This document shows, in pieces, positions 8,943 through 16,550 of a stretch of 22,470 nucleotides of DNA. The notes below the pieces were generated by a model. That model had not been told where the DNA came from, made no database searches, and saw nothing but the letters and a program-made list of their open reading frames with translations. Source of the DNA: a virus. The translations under genes were made by a program, and so were the position numbers. Every line of letters starts with the position of its first letter. Within the stretch, counting starts at the first letter, position 1. The DNA lies in IMG/VR virus record IMGVR_UViG_3300008886_000081; one strand, given 5' to 3'.

Positions 8943-9392
8943 TTAGGCAGCAATACCCAGGTCAGGTTCGTAATTGCGCAACCATGTTTTTACGTCAAAG
9001 GAAGGACAGGCTTTTTTGACACCTGCAAAATCCCTGTGCCCTAAAATTTCAGCATCGGGATAACGGTTGCTGATCTCCACGATCAGGTCAAACATGGCGT
9101 GTTGTTGTGCGCGGGTGCGGTTGTCTACGGGCTTGTTGCTTTTATCGACACCACCCTTATAGGCAATGCTGATACACTCGCTGTTATGCGCATAGACACC
9201 GTAGGAGTTTTCTTTTTCATCCAGCAATTGAATAACCTCGCCGTCCGGGTTAATCAGGTAATGGTAGCCGGGTGTATCGCCCCAACCGCGCTGATTTTTC
9301 CAATAGCTGCGAATGCTCTCAAGCGTCGTCGTTTGCGGGGTTGCCGTACAGTGAATAACAATGTACTTAATCTTGCGTTTTGGTTTTTTCAT
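8943..9392 (-). CDS. N-acetylmuramoyl-L-alanine amidase (Amidase_2, T7 lysozyme-like), putative endolysin
   Basis: IVIHCTAT, GYHYLI, ISIAYKGG, GHRDF, KACPSFDV: Zn ligands His/His/Cys plus the catalytic Tyr of the T7 lysozyme family. Confidence 0.93.
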   Translation of the reverse strand: MKKPKRKIKYIVIHCTATPQTTTLESIRSYWKNQRGWGDTPGYHYLINPDGEVIQLLDEKENSYGVYAHNSECISIAYKGGVDKSNKPVDNRTRAQQHAMFDLIVEISNRYPDAEILGHRDFAGVKKACPSFDVKTWLRNYEPDLGIAA

Positions 9393-9427
9393 GTGGATTG
9401 GTGTTTAGGGTTAATAGATTGACATGT

Positions 9428-10339
9428 TTAGTGCATTGATACATCCATGCCGGATACTTTAAATTCATCGGCACCACCCTTAAAGCTGTAGTGCAGTCCG
9501 TCAAAGGCAATGGCGCGGCCTAATACCATATTGGCAGGTACTTTAATGGCTCTGCCTTCTTTGTAGACCGCTGTTCCGGCGCGTGTTGTCAGGATGCCCA
9601 ATGGCAGGCCGGAAAGTCCGGCAGGCAGTGACCATTTGTCTTTTGCTTCGTCATAGACAAGGCCCATCCGGCGGAAGGTCAGACGAAGCTGTGCTTGTTG
9701 CGCGGCATTGGTAAACACCTTGAACATGCCTGTGAGCAGGGATTGGTAGCGGACAGGCCCGTGACGGATACCCTTATACTGTTCCGATATGGCGGCATAG
9801 TCTTTCGCTGTGGTAATCCTGTTCAGGTGTGTTAAGGCATGGGTGAAATTACGCTGCAAGGTGGACTGCGCTAATGCCATTGCAATGCCGCGTGTATCGG
9901 GTTTGGAGTTTTTAATCAGCACATCAAAGGTGTCTTTATCGACGCTGGCAGGAAGGCCAAGCTTTGTGAGCGCGGCTGCCAGCTCAGGCGTGTAGCTGCC
10001 ATTGGCTCCCTGCTTGGGAAGAATGCTTTTACCATAGGTATTGATAAGGGCCTGTTGCAAAGCCTTGACATGATCGCCTTTGGAGCCTTTTCCGATAGGC
10101 TGAAAACCTTGCGGAGCCTGCGGTTTCTTCGGCGTGGTCTTCGCTTTGGCTGTCTTGGTTTTTACGGTCGGGGCTTTAGGCTTCACCTCTGCGGGTTTTT
10201 CTTCCGGTGTCAAAACTTCCTGCTCCCCGCTTTTATTAAAATGCTGCCAGCCGAAGTAGGTCAATACACCGAGGCCTGCCATGCCTATGCCACCGACTAT
10301 CCATTTCCAGGTTGCCCCTTTGGGTTTCGTGTTGCTCAT
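9428..10339 (-). CDS. Membrane-anchored protein with peptidoglycan-binding (PG_binding_1-like) domain (303 aa)
   Basis: N-terminal TM WIVGGIGMAGLGVLTYFGW; K/P/T/A-rich linker; PIGKGSKGDHVKALQQAL...ANGSYTPELAAAL resembles the PG_binding_1 consensus; then a helical domain, a GLSG motif and a small beta domain. Confidence 0.7.
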   Translation of the reverse strand: MSNTKPKGATWKWIVGGIGMAGLGVLTYFGWQHFNKSGEQEVLTPEEKPAEVKPKAPTVKTKTAKAKTTPKKPQAPQGFQPIGKGSKGDHVKALQQALINTYGKSILPKQGANGSYTPELAAALTKLGLPASVDKDTFDVLIKNSKPDTRGIAMALAQSTLQRNFTHALTHLNRITTAKDYAAISEQYKGIRHGPVRYQSLLTGMFKVFTNAAQQAQLRLTFRRMGLVYDEAKDKWSLPAGLSGLPLGILTTRAGTAVYKEGRAIKVPANMVLGRAIAFDGLHYSFKGGADEFKVSGMDVSMH

Positions 10340-10341
10340 GT

Positions 10342-11028
10342 TTACTTTGGTTTGCTGTTAATGATGTTCATGTAATCGGGATATTCCCAGAATTCCAGCT
10401 CTCCCTTCAGGTCAACATCGAGGCTGCTACCGTATTTTCGCTTATAGGTGTCCTTCACCAAGCGAAAAGCTGTCTGTGTCGGGATTTCAGCGAACACGCT
10501 TTTTATTCCGTCTTCATCCGTTGCCGGGAAATAGCCCTGATGATGATCGAAGGCGGCCTTCAATCGGTTTGCCCAGGCTTCGTATTTTACATTAGGGGCT
10601 ACTGCTTTACCTTTAGAGGGTTTGACATTGATAATGTTCAGCATGTCCTTCAGCTCATTAGGTTTCAGGTACTTTTCCATATCTGTGCCTAATGGCGTAT
10701 GGTACATATTCTGGTATTGCTGGCGGACAGATTCAACTTCCTCCTGCGTTTTCATTCCCGTGATGATCTCGCGCAGGTAAGTGGTGTTGCTTCCCCAATC
10801 GCCCTGATTTTCCAGTGCGGAATGCAACTGTTTGGCAACAGATTGTGCAGAGCCGGGCACAAAGGTTTTTTTCTCTGCTTTATTGGTTTTTCCTTTTTTA
10901 AATAGTTTCGATGCACCATAGCCAAGACCGATGCATCCAGCAAGGGCAAGGATAGAATACAATACTTTATCCTTAAAGCTGGTGCCTTTGGCTTCTGTAT
11001 CTTTCTGTATGATGACTGGCTGCTGCAT
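10342..11028 (-). CDS. Membrane-anchored protein with two annexin-like repeats (228 aa)
   Basis: Hydrophobic segment VLYSILALAGCIGLGYGA. Repeat 1: AKQLHSAL..GDWGSN...REII...VRQQYQNMYHTPLGTDMEKYL. Repeat 2: ANRLKAAF...ATDEDGIKSVF...VKDTYKRKYGSSLDVDLKGEL. Both follow the annexin repeat consensus. Confidence 0.75.
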   Translation of the reverse strand: MQQPVIIQKDTEAKGTSFKDKVLYSILALAGCIGLGYGASKLFKKGKTNKAEKKTFVPGSAQSVAKQLHSALENQGDWGSNTTYLREIITGMKTQEEVESVRQQYQNMYHTPLGTDMEKYLKPNELKDMLNIINVKPSKGKAVAPNVKYEAWANRLKAAFDHHQGYFPATDEDGIKSVFAEIPTQTAFRLVKDTYKRKYGSSLDVDLKGELEFWEYPDYMNIINSKPK

Positions 11029-11039
11029 GTCTTATCGCA

Positions 11040-11222
11040 TTACACGCCGAGCGCTGACTTTGCCATAGCCAGCTTGGCGGGTTCGTGTTTGATAATATGC
11101 TTGAGTGCGGCCAGCTCTTTCTCGGTCAACGCAGAAGATAAAGCTGCCAGTGAATCGGCTTTAGAATCAGCCTCAGCCTGGGTAGTTGCTTTGATTTGTA
11201 AATTGTATGAATAGCTTTTCAT
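11040..11222 (-). CDS. Small Ala-rich helical hypothetical protein (60 aa)
   Basis: ATG-initiated ORF that fills the operon gap with 11-nt spacers on both sides. Confidence 0.75.
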   Translation of the reverse strand: MKSYSYNLQIKATTQAEADSKADSLAALSSALTEKELAALKHIIKHEPAKLAMAKSALGV

Positions 11223-11233
11223 GTAATGGATTA

Positions 11234-12094
11234 TTAAAAGTTGTTAGTTTGATTATCTTTTGGCAGGAGAAGCTCACAGACAGTTTGTAATTGCGATTTG
11301 TCTTTTGAGAAAAGGATAAGCAGCTCCATGATCTGATTCATTTCATCGTCAGTAAACACATTTTGTAACTGACCAAACAGATCTATAAAGTGTTGTTCTT
11401 CTTCGCTCAGCTCAGAGGCAGAAGAACCAGCGCTTACGGTTGTTTCGCCTACAGGTTCCGAATTCGTTTGCAGTCGCTTGTTGTCGTCTTCGATGATGCC
11501 TGCGAGACCTTCTGCACCGGGAATACGGGCAAGCAGGTGAGCGTTACGCTTCAATATTCCTTCCCCGACAAAGGATAGGATATTGCCCCACTTCATTTCT
11601 TCTTTTTTTACCCCGGCCTTGTATTCTTCCAGTTCTTTTTCGACCAGCTCTGCGTATTGCTCGGCTTCCTGTAAATTGGCTTTGGCCTTCTCGTATTCCT
11701 CCTGCAATTTTTCATAGTCCCATTGCAGGCGCTCTCCCTGATTCTGTTTGCGCTGTAGCTCGGAAATGGTTTTTGCTGTATAGGAATTGCCAAAGCCGTT
11801 CAGGCCCATCTCCACAGCTTCTTTGGTATTGCGGGCCTGAACAGCAAAAACATACTGCTCATTGCGTTTTGATTTTTCCGAGCCGTAGATAATGACGCGC
11901 AGCTCCCGGCTGTCCGCATTCAAATAATCTTCATGGCTGTCAAAGTCTTCGATATTATCTGTTCGCGGTATCGCTTTCAGCCCGTCCACCTGGATTTCGT
12001 AAAACAGCGGGCGGCCTTTTGAGGCGGCTGTTTCCAGGTGCTGACGCAAACGGTCAACCTTGCTTTGTTGGTAGTTATCAAACTGTATCGGCAT
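11234..12094 (-). CDS. Acidic coiled-coil hypothetical protein (286 aa; start reassigned to MPIQ)
   Basis: The ORF track's 5' extension overlaps the upstream gene by about 140 nt; the ATG at 12094 overlaps by only 17 nt. Central heptad-rich region LQWDYEKLQEEYEKAKANLQEAEQYAELVEKELEEY flanked by GLNG and GLAG motifs. Confidence 0.75.
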   Translation of the reverse strand: MPIQFDNYQQSKVDRLRQHLETAASKGRPLFYEIQVDGLKAIPRTDNIEDFDSHEDYLNADSRELRVIIYGSEKSKRNEQYVFAVQARNTKEAVEMGLNGFGNSYTAKTISELQRKQNQGERLQWDYEKLQEEYEKAKANLQEAEQYAELVEKELEEYKAGVKKEEMKWGNILSFVGEGILKRNAHLLARIPGAEGLAGIIEDDNKRLQTNSEPVGETTVSAGSSASELSEEEQHFIDLFGQLQNVFTDDEMNQIMELLILFSKDKSQLQTVCELLLPKDNQTNNF

Positions 12095-12419
12095 TTTTCG
12101 GGTGTTTAGGAATAATGTGTAAAAAAGGAACGTGGCGCAGAGAGGTAGAAACGTTGATGATCGAAATGGCACCCTGATGTTCGTATTGCTGCTCGTTGGT
12201 ATCGGTGTTTGACAGGTCAAAAAGACCGAATTCCGAAGTGATCGTTATATCGCTGACATCTTCTGTTAAGATGTAGAGTTGGTTAAAGCCCTCTATTTCT
12301 ACTGTAGCTCCAGGCGCTACAACAAAGAGCCGTTGCCGCAGGTAATAGTTTGTGCCATAGCCTAACTCTTCCATGCGCTTAGGCACATAATCGTAGATCA
12401 GAATGGCGTTACTCATCAT
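12078..12419 (-). CDS. Small beta-rich hypothetical protein (113 aa), candidate minor capsid/vertex protein
   Basis: ATGA overlap with the upstream gene; alternating hydrophobic strands (RLFVVAPGATVEIEG, ITITSEFG, GAISIIN). The structural role is inferred from position. Confidence 0.65.
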   Translation of the reverse strand: MMSNAILIYDYVPKRMEELGYGTNYYLRQRLFVVAPGATVEIEGFNQLYILTEDVSDITITSEFGLFDLSNTDTNEQQYEHQGAISIINVSTSLRHVPFLHIIPKHPKNADTV

Positions 12420-12922
12420 TGCGCGGTTTGTGGTTTTGCTTTTTCTGCCATGCGCAGCCAGAGATAGATGCTCAGGCTGTAGGCCGGATTGGTTCCCATG
12501 TAGTTGCCAAGCTGATCGGTATACATCCCGCGAATGACTGTAGAGCCTCCCGGCACAGATACGGGTTCCGGTTCTCTTTCACCGAAGTGTGTCCAGTCCG
12601 CAGGTGTAAAACCAGGTTTGACAGAGTAATCGCCGAAGCTGGTATTACCGTCCGACTGGATATGCCTTGCGTAAAACACATTGGCTTTCTCCATGCTTTG
12701 CAACCTCAATTCTCCGACTAACAGCGAACGGTTATAGGGTAACAGGTTTGCATCCAGTGGTACTACAGCAGGGTTTTCGTACAGGAAATTGACCTGAGAG
12801 ATATAGCTTGTTTCCACGCCAATCACCTCAAGGGTATTCTCCGGCAGGTTCATTAGAAAATAATGAATCTGTCCTTTGCGGCTAATGGTGATGCGTTTGG
12901 ATATGACGTGTTCGACGGGCAT
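12416..12922 (-). CDS. Beta-rich hypothetical protein (168 aa), apparent paralog of the upstream 125-aa protein; candidate minor jelly-roll capsid protein
   Basis: Shares I.I...GQ.......L......V.GV..(.)S near the N-terminus and YTD...P(.)Y..S.Y at the C-terminus with 12928..13305. Confidence 0.65.
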   Translation of the reverse strand: MPVEHVISKRITISRKGQIHYFLMNLPENTLEVIGVETSYISQVNFLYENPAVVPLDANLLPYNRSLLVGELRLQSMEKANVFYARHIQSDGNTSFGDYSVKPGFTPADWTHFGEREPEPVSVPGGSTVIRGMYTDQLGNYMGTNPAYSLSIYLWLRMAEKAKPQTAQ

Positions 12923-12927
12923 TGATC

Positions 12928-13305
12928 TTATAGTTCAGCATTACAATCCACGTAGAGCGATACGCGGTAAGGGGTGAAAACGGTTCTGCCGTCAGGGACA
13001 TCGGTATAACTGATCTTTACCGTGCCATCACCCACAGGCACTTCTCCCAGCTCGTAATAGCGTTGACGGGGTGATACATTAATGCCGGACATCAGCAGTT
13101 TGCTTTCGTAATTGTCAGGGAAGTATTCTTCCTTATTAATTTCTATCTTCTGTGTGCCACGGTAGTACAGCAGATCGTCTTTGTCGGAAGTTACCAGTAC
13201 ACCGCGCACAGTCTTAATGGTCTTGTCCAGGTCAAAGGATTTTGACACATTCTGTCCCGAGTTAGTAATGGCGATGTCGTATCGTTTCTTGATTGGTTTC
13301 AGCAT
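12928..13305 (-). CDS. Beta-rich hypothetical protein (125 aa), candidate second single-jelly-roll capsid protein
   Basis: About eight short amphipathic strands (KRYDIAI, VSKSFDL, VRGVLVT, TQKIEIN, YYEL, TVKISYT, YRVSLYV); directly follows the 238-aa gene. Confidence 0.65.
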   Translation of the reverse strand: MLKPIKKRYDIAITNSGQNVSKSFDLDKTIKTVRGVLVTSDKDDLLYYRGTQKIEINKEEYFPDNYESKLLMSGINVSPRQRYYELGEVPVGDGTVKISYTDVPDGRTVFTPYRVSLYVDCNAEL

Positions 13306-13320
13306 GGTAAAAAGGTTTTA

Positions 13321-13349
13321 AATGCGGCGGCTATGACAGCCGCCGCATT
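13321..13349 (-). terminator. Perfect 12-bp hairpin after the candidate major capsid gene (leaky terminator or 3' stabiliser)
   Basis: aatgcggcggct-atgac-agccgccgcatt. On the minus strand it is followed only by a weak, interrupted U run (TAAAACCTTTTT), 15 nt before the next ATG. Confidence 0.7.
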
Positions 13350-13365
13350 AAGGGTTACTGTGTTG

Positions 13366-14082
13366 TTATGGAGTGGTAATGGTACCGTGTAACCCTACAT
13401 AGAGGTGTGTGTTTGCCGCAATGCCATCCATTGTACCTAACTCCACGGTCATCTCAATTAAGATGTCATCGTGAATTAATCGCGGATTGGCCAGCTTGAA
13501 ATAACCCACCGGGATATTGTGTCTGTTATTGGTCTTAAAGACATTGTTAGAGGTCTCCGGTACAATGATCTTTTTGTTGCTCTTTAATGAGAACTCGCCA
13601 TTGGCAATAGCCGGGATAGCTTCCAGCCCGTCAAACTGTGTGGCCATGATCTTGTCTTTGGTGTTGGCTGCCGCCACACCTGCCAGAAGGATAATGCCGC
13701 TGACAAGCAAGGCCTGGTTCTTTGGAAGCTTGGCTCCTGAAAGGGATTGCAGGCCGATTTCCTTTGTATCCTGCGTTTCAAACATCTTGATACTTTTGGA
13801 TGTCACAGGCTTAATGGAGTAGATCGTGGTATCGGCCAAGCGCAGCTCACTCTTCAAAAGAGCTTCCTTAATGTGCTTCGGCAGCTCACCGAAATGTTTT
13901 TCCATTTCAGCCCTTGAGCCTTTACTGACAGCTCCGGGAGAGGCGAGCTTGTTGATCGTCTTGGCTCGTTTTACCGGGTCCATACGGCGCAGTGCGCCTA
14001 AGAGTTCATCTCCGTCGAGGCCGTCCAGGCCGAGGAGAGCGCCTACGTTATTGTAGTCTTCGATTCCTTCTAAGTCTAACAT
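13366..14082 (-). CDS. Candidate major capsid protein, single jelly-roll type, with acidic Leu-x-Gly N-terminal peptide (238 aa)
   Basis: The C-terminal ~160 aa read as an 8-strand sandwich (TTIYSIK, KMFE, KLPKNQALLVSGIIL, NGEFSLKSN, GYFKLANPRLI, IEMTVEL, THLYVGLHG). It is the only structural-module gene bracketed by RNA stems and a long A-rich leader. The ORF is certain; the fold and role are inferred. Confidence 0.55.
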   Translation of the reverse strand: MLDLEGIEDYNNVGALLGLDGLDGDELLGALRRMDPVKRAKTINKLASPGAVSKGSRAEMEKHFGELPKHIKEALLKSELRLADTTIYSIKPVTSKSIKMFETQDTKEIGLQSLSGAKLPKNQALLVSGIILLAGVAAANTKDKIMATQFDGLEAIPAIANGEFSLKSNKKIIVPETSNNVFKTNNRHNIPVGYFKLANPRLIHDDILIEMTVELGTMDGIAANTHLYVGLHGTITTP

Positions 14083-14126
14083 GATTTTTATTTTTGGGTT
14101 TATGGGTTTTCTGTTTTTTTTTTAAA

Positions 14127-14233
14127 ACTGAAAGGCAAGACTTCCCCCGTTCCACTGACCTGAAGGCTTGTGGCGCAATACATAAACTGTATGTGTATGA
14201 GGTGGTGAAAGGAGAGAAGCCTTGCCGATCAGT
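14127..14233 (-). promoter_or_regulatory. Long imperfect RNA stem-loop in the leader of the candidate capsid gene
   Basis: 14127-14155 pairs with 14205-14233 at 26 of 29 positions on the minus-strand RNA, including four G-U wobbles that would be A-C mismatches on the plus strand. There is a small inner hairpin acata-aactg-tatgt. Confidence 0.65.
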
Positions 14234-14244
14234 CGGTAGCTTTT

Positions 14245-14841
14245 TTATAGAATAGGGTTGTCTTCATCTGCCCCGTCGATGCCATCATAGCCTGATGTTC
14301 CGGCAACCTCTTCGAGTTGATTTTCGATAGCATCAAGGCCTGAAAAATCATCCGGCCCGTTTACGGTTTCCTGGGCGGGGTATCGGAAATACTGTACTTC
14401 ACCCAAACCTGCCGTTCCTGTGTTCGTGGTCGCTGCGGGCTTTGGTTTTATGATCTTATCAATATAGAGGCGCTCCTTGAGGTTTTGGGTAAAGGCTTTA
14501 AAGCGCGCTTTGACCGCGTCCATGCCTTCAAGTCCGTCTGTTCCGTTCATAGCGGCCTGCCCGATCTGGTAGCCACCGGATGCCATCATACCTACGCCAA
14601 AGGATGTAGCAAGGGGATGACCGAAATAATGTCCGGCAAGGGTTACTCCGATACCTACCAGCAGCGAAGGCTTGCCAACCAGTGCGCCAGCTGTGCCGCC
14701 AATGACAGCACCCACAACCAAGTCTTTGCCTGTTTCAATGGCAGAGTTCTTTAAGTTGTTTTTTGTTTCCAGCTTCTTGGTCAGCTCTACCAATTTCCTG
14801 CGTTTGGCCTTTTGGGCGTAAGCGTTTTTTGTGTTACTCAT
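14245..14841 (-). CDS. Glycine-rich membrane protein (198 aa) with basic N-terminus and acidic C-tail
   Basis: Glycine-zipper hydrophobic core LVVGAVIGGTAGALVG..LLVGIGVTLAG..ATSFGVGMMASGG; N-terminal KAKRRK; multiple x-x-G motifs (MNG, LEG, GLG, VNG, IDG). Confidence 0.75.
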   Translation of the reverse strand: MSNTKNAYAQKAKRRKLVELTKKLETKNNLKNSAIETGKDLVVGAVIGGTAGALVGKPSLLVGIGVTLAGHYFGHPLATSFGVGMMASGGYQIGQAAMNGTDGLEGMDAVKARFKAFTQNLKERLYIDKIIKPKPAATTNTGTAGLGEVQYFRYPAQETVNGPDDFSGLDAIENQLEEVAGTSGYDGIDGADEDNPIL

Positions 14842-14861
14842 GTGTCTGTGCTTATCAGGTT

Positions 14862-16550
14862 TTACATTAAGGAAACAGGGCTGATTTGCTTATAGCGCTT
14901 GGCCCTCTTTTTTCGTTTGCCGCGTGGCGGGCCGTTTAATCCGCCTGCGGTTTTCTTTCCTTTTTTCTTGTTTTTTTTAATCAGGGCAATGGCAGCAACC
15001 GTTAGTACGCCTGCGGTAATGCCTGTTGGAATCATCCAGCGTTTATGCTTTGTCCAGAATGCCTTTACCTTATCACCTACGCCTGAGAGTCCTTCGGTTG
15101 TTCCGCCTTCATCGCCTGTTTCGGCAGGCAGGTTTTCATCTGCTGATTCCTGGGGAGCATCTTCTGTCGACTCTTCGGCTGCAGGTTCATCGGCAGGGGC
15201 TTCTGCCTCCGGTTCCGATGCTTCGCCGCCGCTGTCTTCTTCGCCGCCTGTTTCGGATGCTGATTCCTCTGCACCCTTTTTCTTTTTGTTGGGCATCACA
15301 TTGCCGATGCCTTTGATGACCGCAGCAATAGCAGTGATAACGGTCGTCGCTGCGGCGACTGCGGCTCCGGTAGCAGGTTCTCCCAACTGTCCGAGGCCCT
15401 CAATGCCTTCTACCATTTCACTGTGGTACAGATCTGCACCTAACAATGTCCCTACAGGTGTAGCCTCATCAATCCCCTCCATCTGTCCAGATAAACTATC
15501 CAGCGCACCCAACCCGTTTACACCTTTGTCCCTATTGCCCCTGCCACTCAGAATAGCTTTCTTCAGGTTTTCAGGTTTACCCCCGGCTGAATAAAAGACC
15601 TTTTCCAGTTTTTGAAGGGCTTGTTTCATCCGGTTATAGCGGCCCATGTCTGCGCCTTTGGCTCTGGCCTGATCTTCGGGAAGGTAAGCCCAGCGCAGGT
15701 TTTCACCGACTTTCATGATGTTTAGTTTCATCGAGGCAAGTATGCCCGCTCTTAACAGCGCTACACCGGGATTGACGCGGTTGGCTGCGTGTACCACCTT
15801 TTTCACGCCTGCCTTGATGCGCGCGCCCAGCTTTTTTTTGCCACCACCTCCGGCAGCTTTGTTTGCTGCGGCTTTGCGCTTGAAGAGCCTGCCAAGTCCG
15901 AGCAGATCATCACTGCCTGCCAGGTCTTGTGCATCAATGCCTTTCAAGTTTATGTCCTCTTCATCGAGGCCGTCTAAAAATTGTAATTCCATGTTATGAT
16001 CTTCTTTATCGGTGTAAGGGACTTCGTAGTTGAATTGGCTTGCTACGCAGTCCATAATGATATATCCCCCGTTTCCGTCCGGTATCAGCGGGTACACGTG
16101 CTGAAAAAAGCCCTTATGGTCGTATTCGGTAATCCGGTTAATGATGCCTTTTACACCGAGTTCATCCATACAGCAGTCGATGAAAGTTGTAAAGCAATCG
16201 CAGTCACCTTTGCCGTCATGTACCAGGCGGCGCGGTGAGCGCACCCATTCAAGCCCGTCAGGCTTTAAGGGTTTGCCGTTTTCATCTACGCCGTCTTTTT
16301 CATATTGTATATGGTACTTGACCCAATGCCAGAGTTTTTCACACTGCTTGTACCTGGACAGGCCTCGTAGTTCTTTATCAACAAAGCGCGTTACCTGCCA
16401 GCGGCATTGCTGAACGACTTTAGGGATAAACCTGATCGTATCGGAAACGCCTGCTTTTTTCTTTACCGTCTTATCTACTACCAGCGCGCGGGGGAAGAGG
16501 TGTCGGTAAGGCGCAAGGCTTTGCAGCCTTACCTGTGTATCCGGTCCCAT
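14862..16550 (-). CDS. Transglutaminase-like (Cys-His-Asp) enzyme fused to a low-complexity membrane-anchored region (562 aa); candidate maturation protease
   Basis: LWHWVKYHIQYEKD, VRSPRRL, GKGDCDC (Cys), QHVYP (His), YIIMD (Asp) match the transglutaminase-like superfamily. The C-terminal part has acidic LxG tracts, an E/A/P-rich linker, a TM (GITAGVLTVAAIALI) and a basic tail. Confidence 0.8.
   Translation of the reverse strand: MGPDTQVRLQSLAPYRHLFPRALVVDKTVKKKAGVSDTIRFIPKVVQQCRWQVTRFVDKELRGLSRYKQCEKLWHWVKYHIQYEKDGVDENGKPLKPDGLEWVRSPRRLVHDGKGDCDCFTTFIDCCMDELGVKGIINRITEYDHKGFFQHVYPLIPDGNGGYIIMDCVASQFNYEVPYTDKEDHNMELQFLDGLDEEDINLKGIDAQDLAGSDDLLGLGRLFKRKAAANKAAGGGGKKKLGARIKAGVKKVVHAANRVNPGVALLRAGILASMKLNIMKVGENLRWAYLPEDQARAKGADMGRYNRMKQALQKLEKVFYSAGGKPENLKKAILSGRGNRDKGVNGLGALDSLSGQMEGIDEATPVGTLLGADLYHSEMVEGIEGLGQLGEPATGAAVAAATTVITAIAAVIKGIGNVMPNKKKKGAEESASETGGEEDSGGEASEPEAEAPADEPAAEESTEDAPQESADENLPAETGDEGGTTEGLSGVGDKVKAFWTKHKRWMIPTGITAGVLTVAAIALIKKNKKKGKKTAGGLNGPPRGKRKKRAKRYKQISPVSLM

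Noticed and set aside
10930-10965. LAGC lipobox in the annexin-like protein
   Set aside because: The hydrophobic stretch continues past the Cys and is followed by a basic cluster, which fits an uncleaved TM anchor like those of its neighbours; not fully excluded.
12095-12220. N-terminal extension of the 328-aa ORF in the track (also the extensions at 17293-17325 and 18590-18655)
   Set aside because: Non-ATG starts that overlap an upstream gene or regulatory DNA; downstream ATGs fit the operon packing better.
15090-15280. Repetitive-looking DNA (tcttc/tcggc/tcgcc runs)
   Set aside because: Explained by codons of the E/A/G/S/P-rich linker; no fixed-period repeat and no CRISPR-like repeat-spacer structure.
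14899-15594. 231-aa plus-strand ORF and the many other plus-strand ORFs between 347 and 17314
   Set aside because: Antisense shadows of a gap-free minus-strand operon; low-complexity mirror translations with no motifs.
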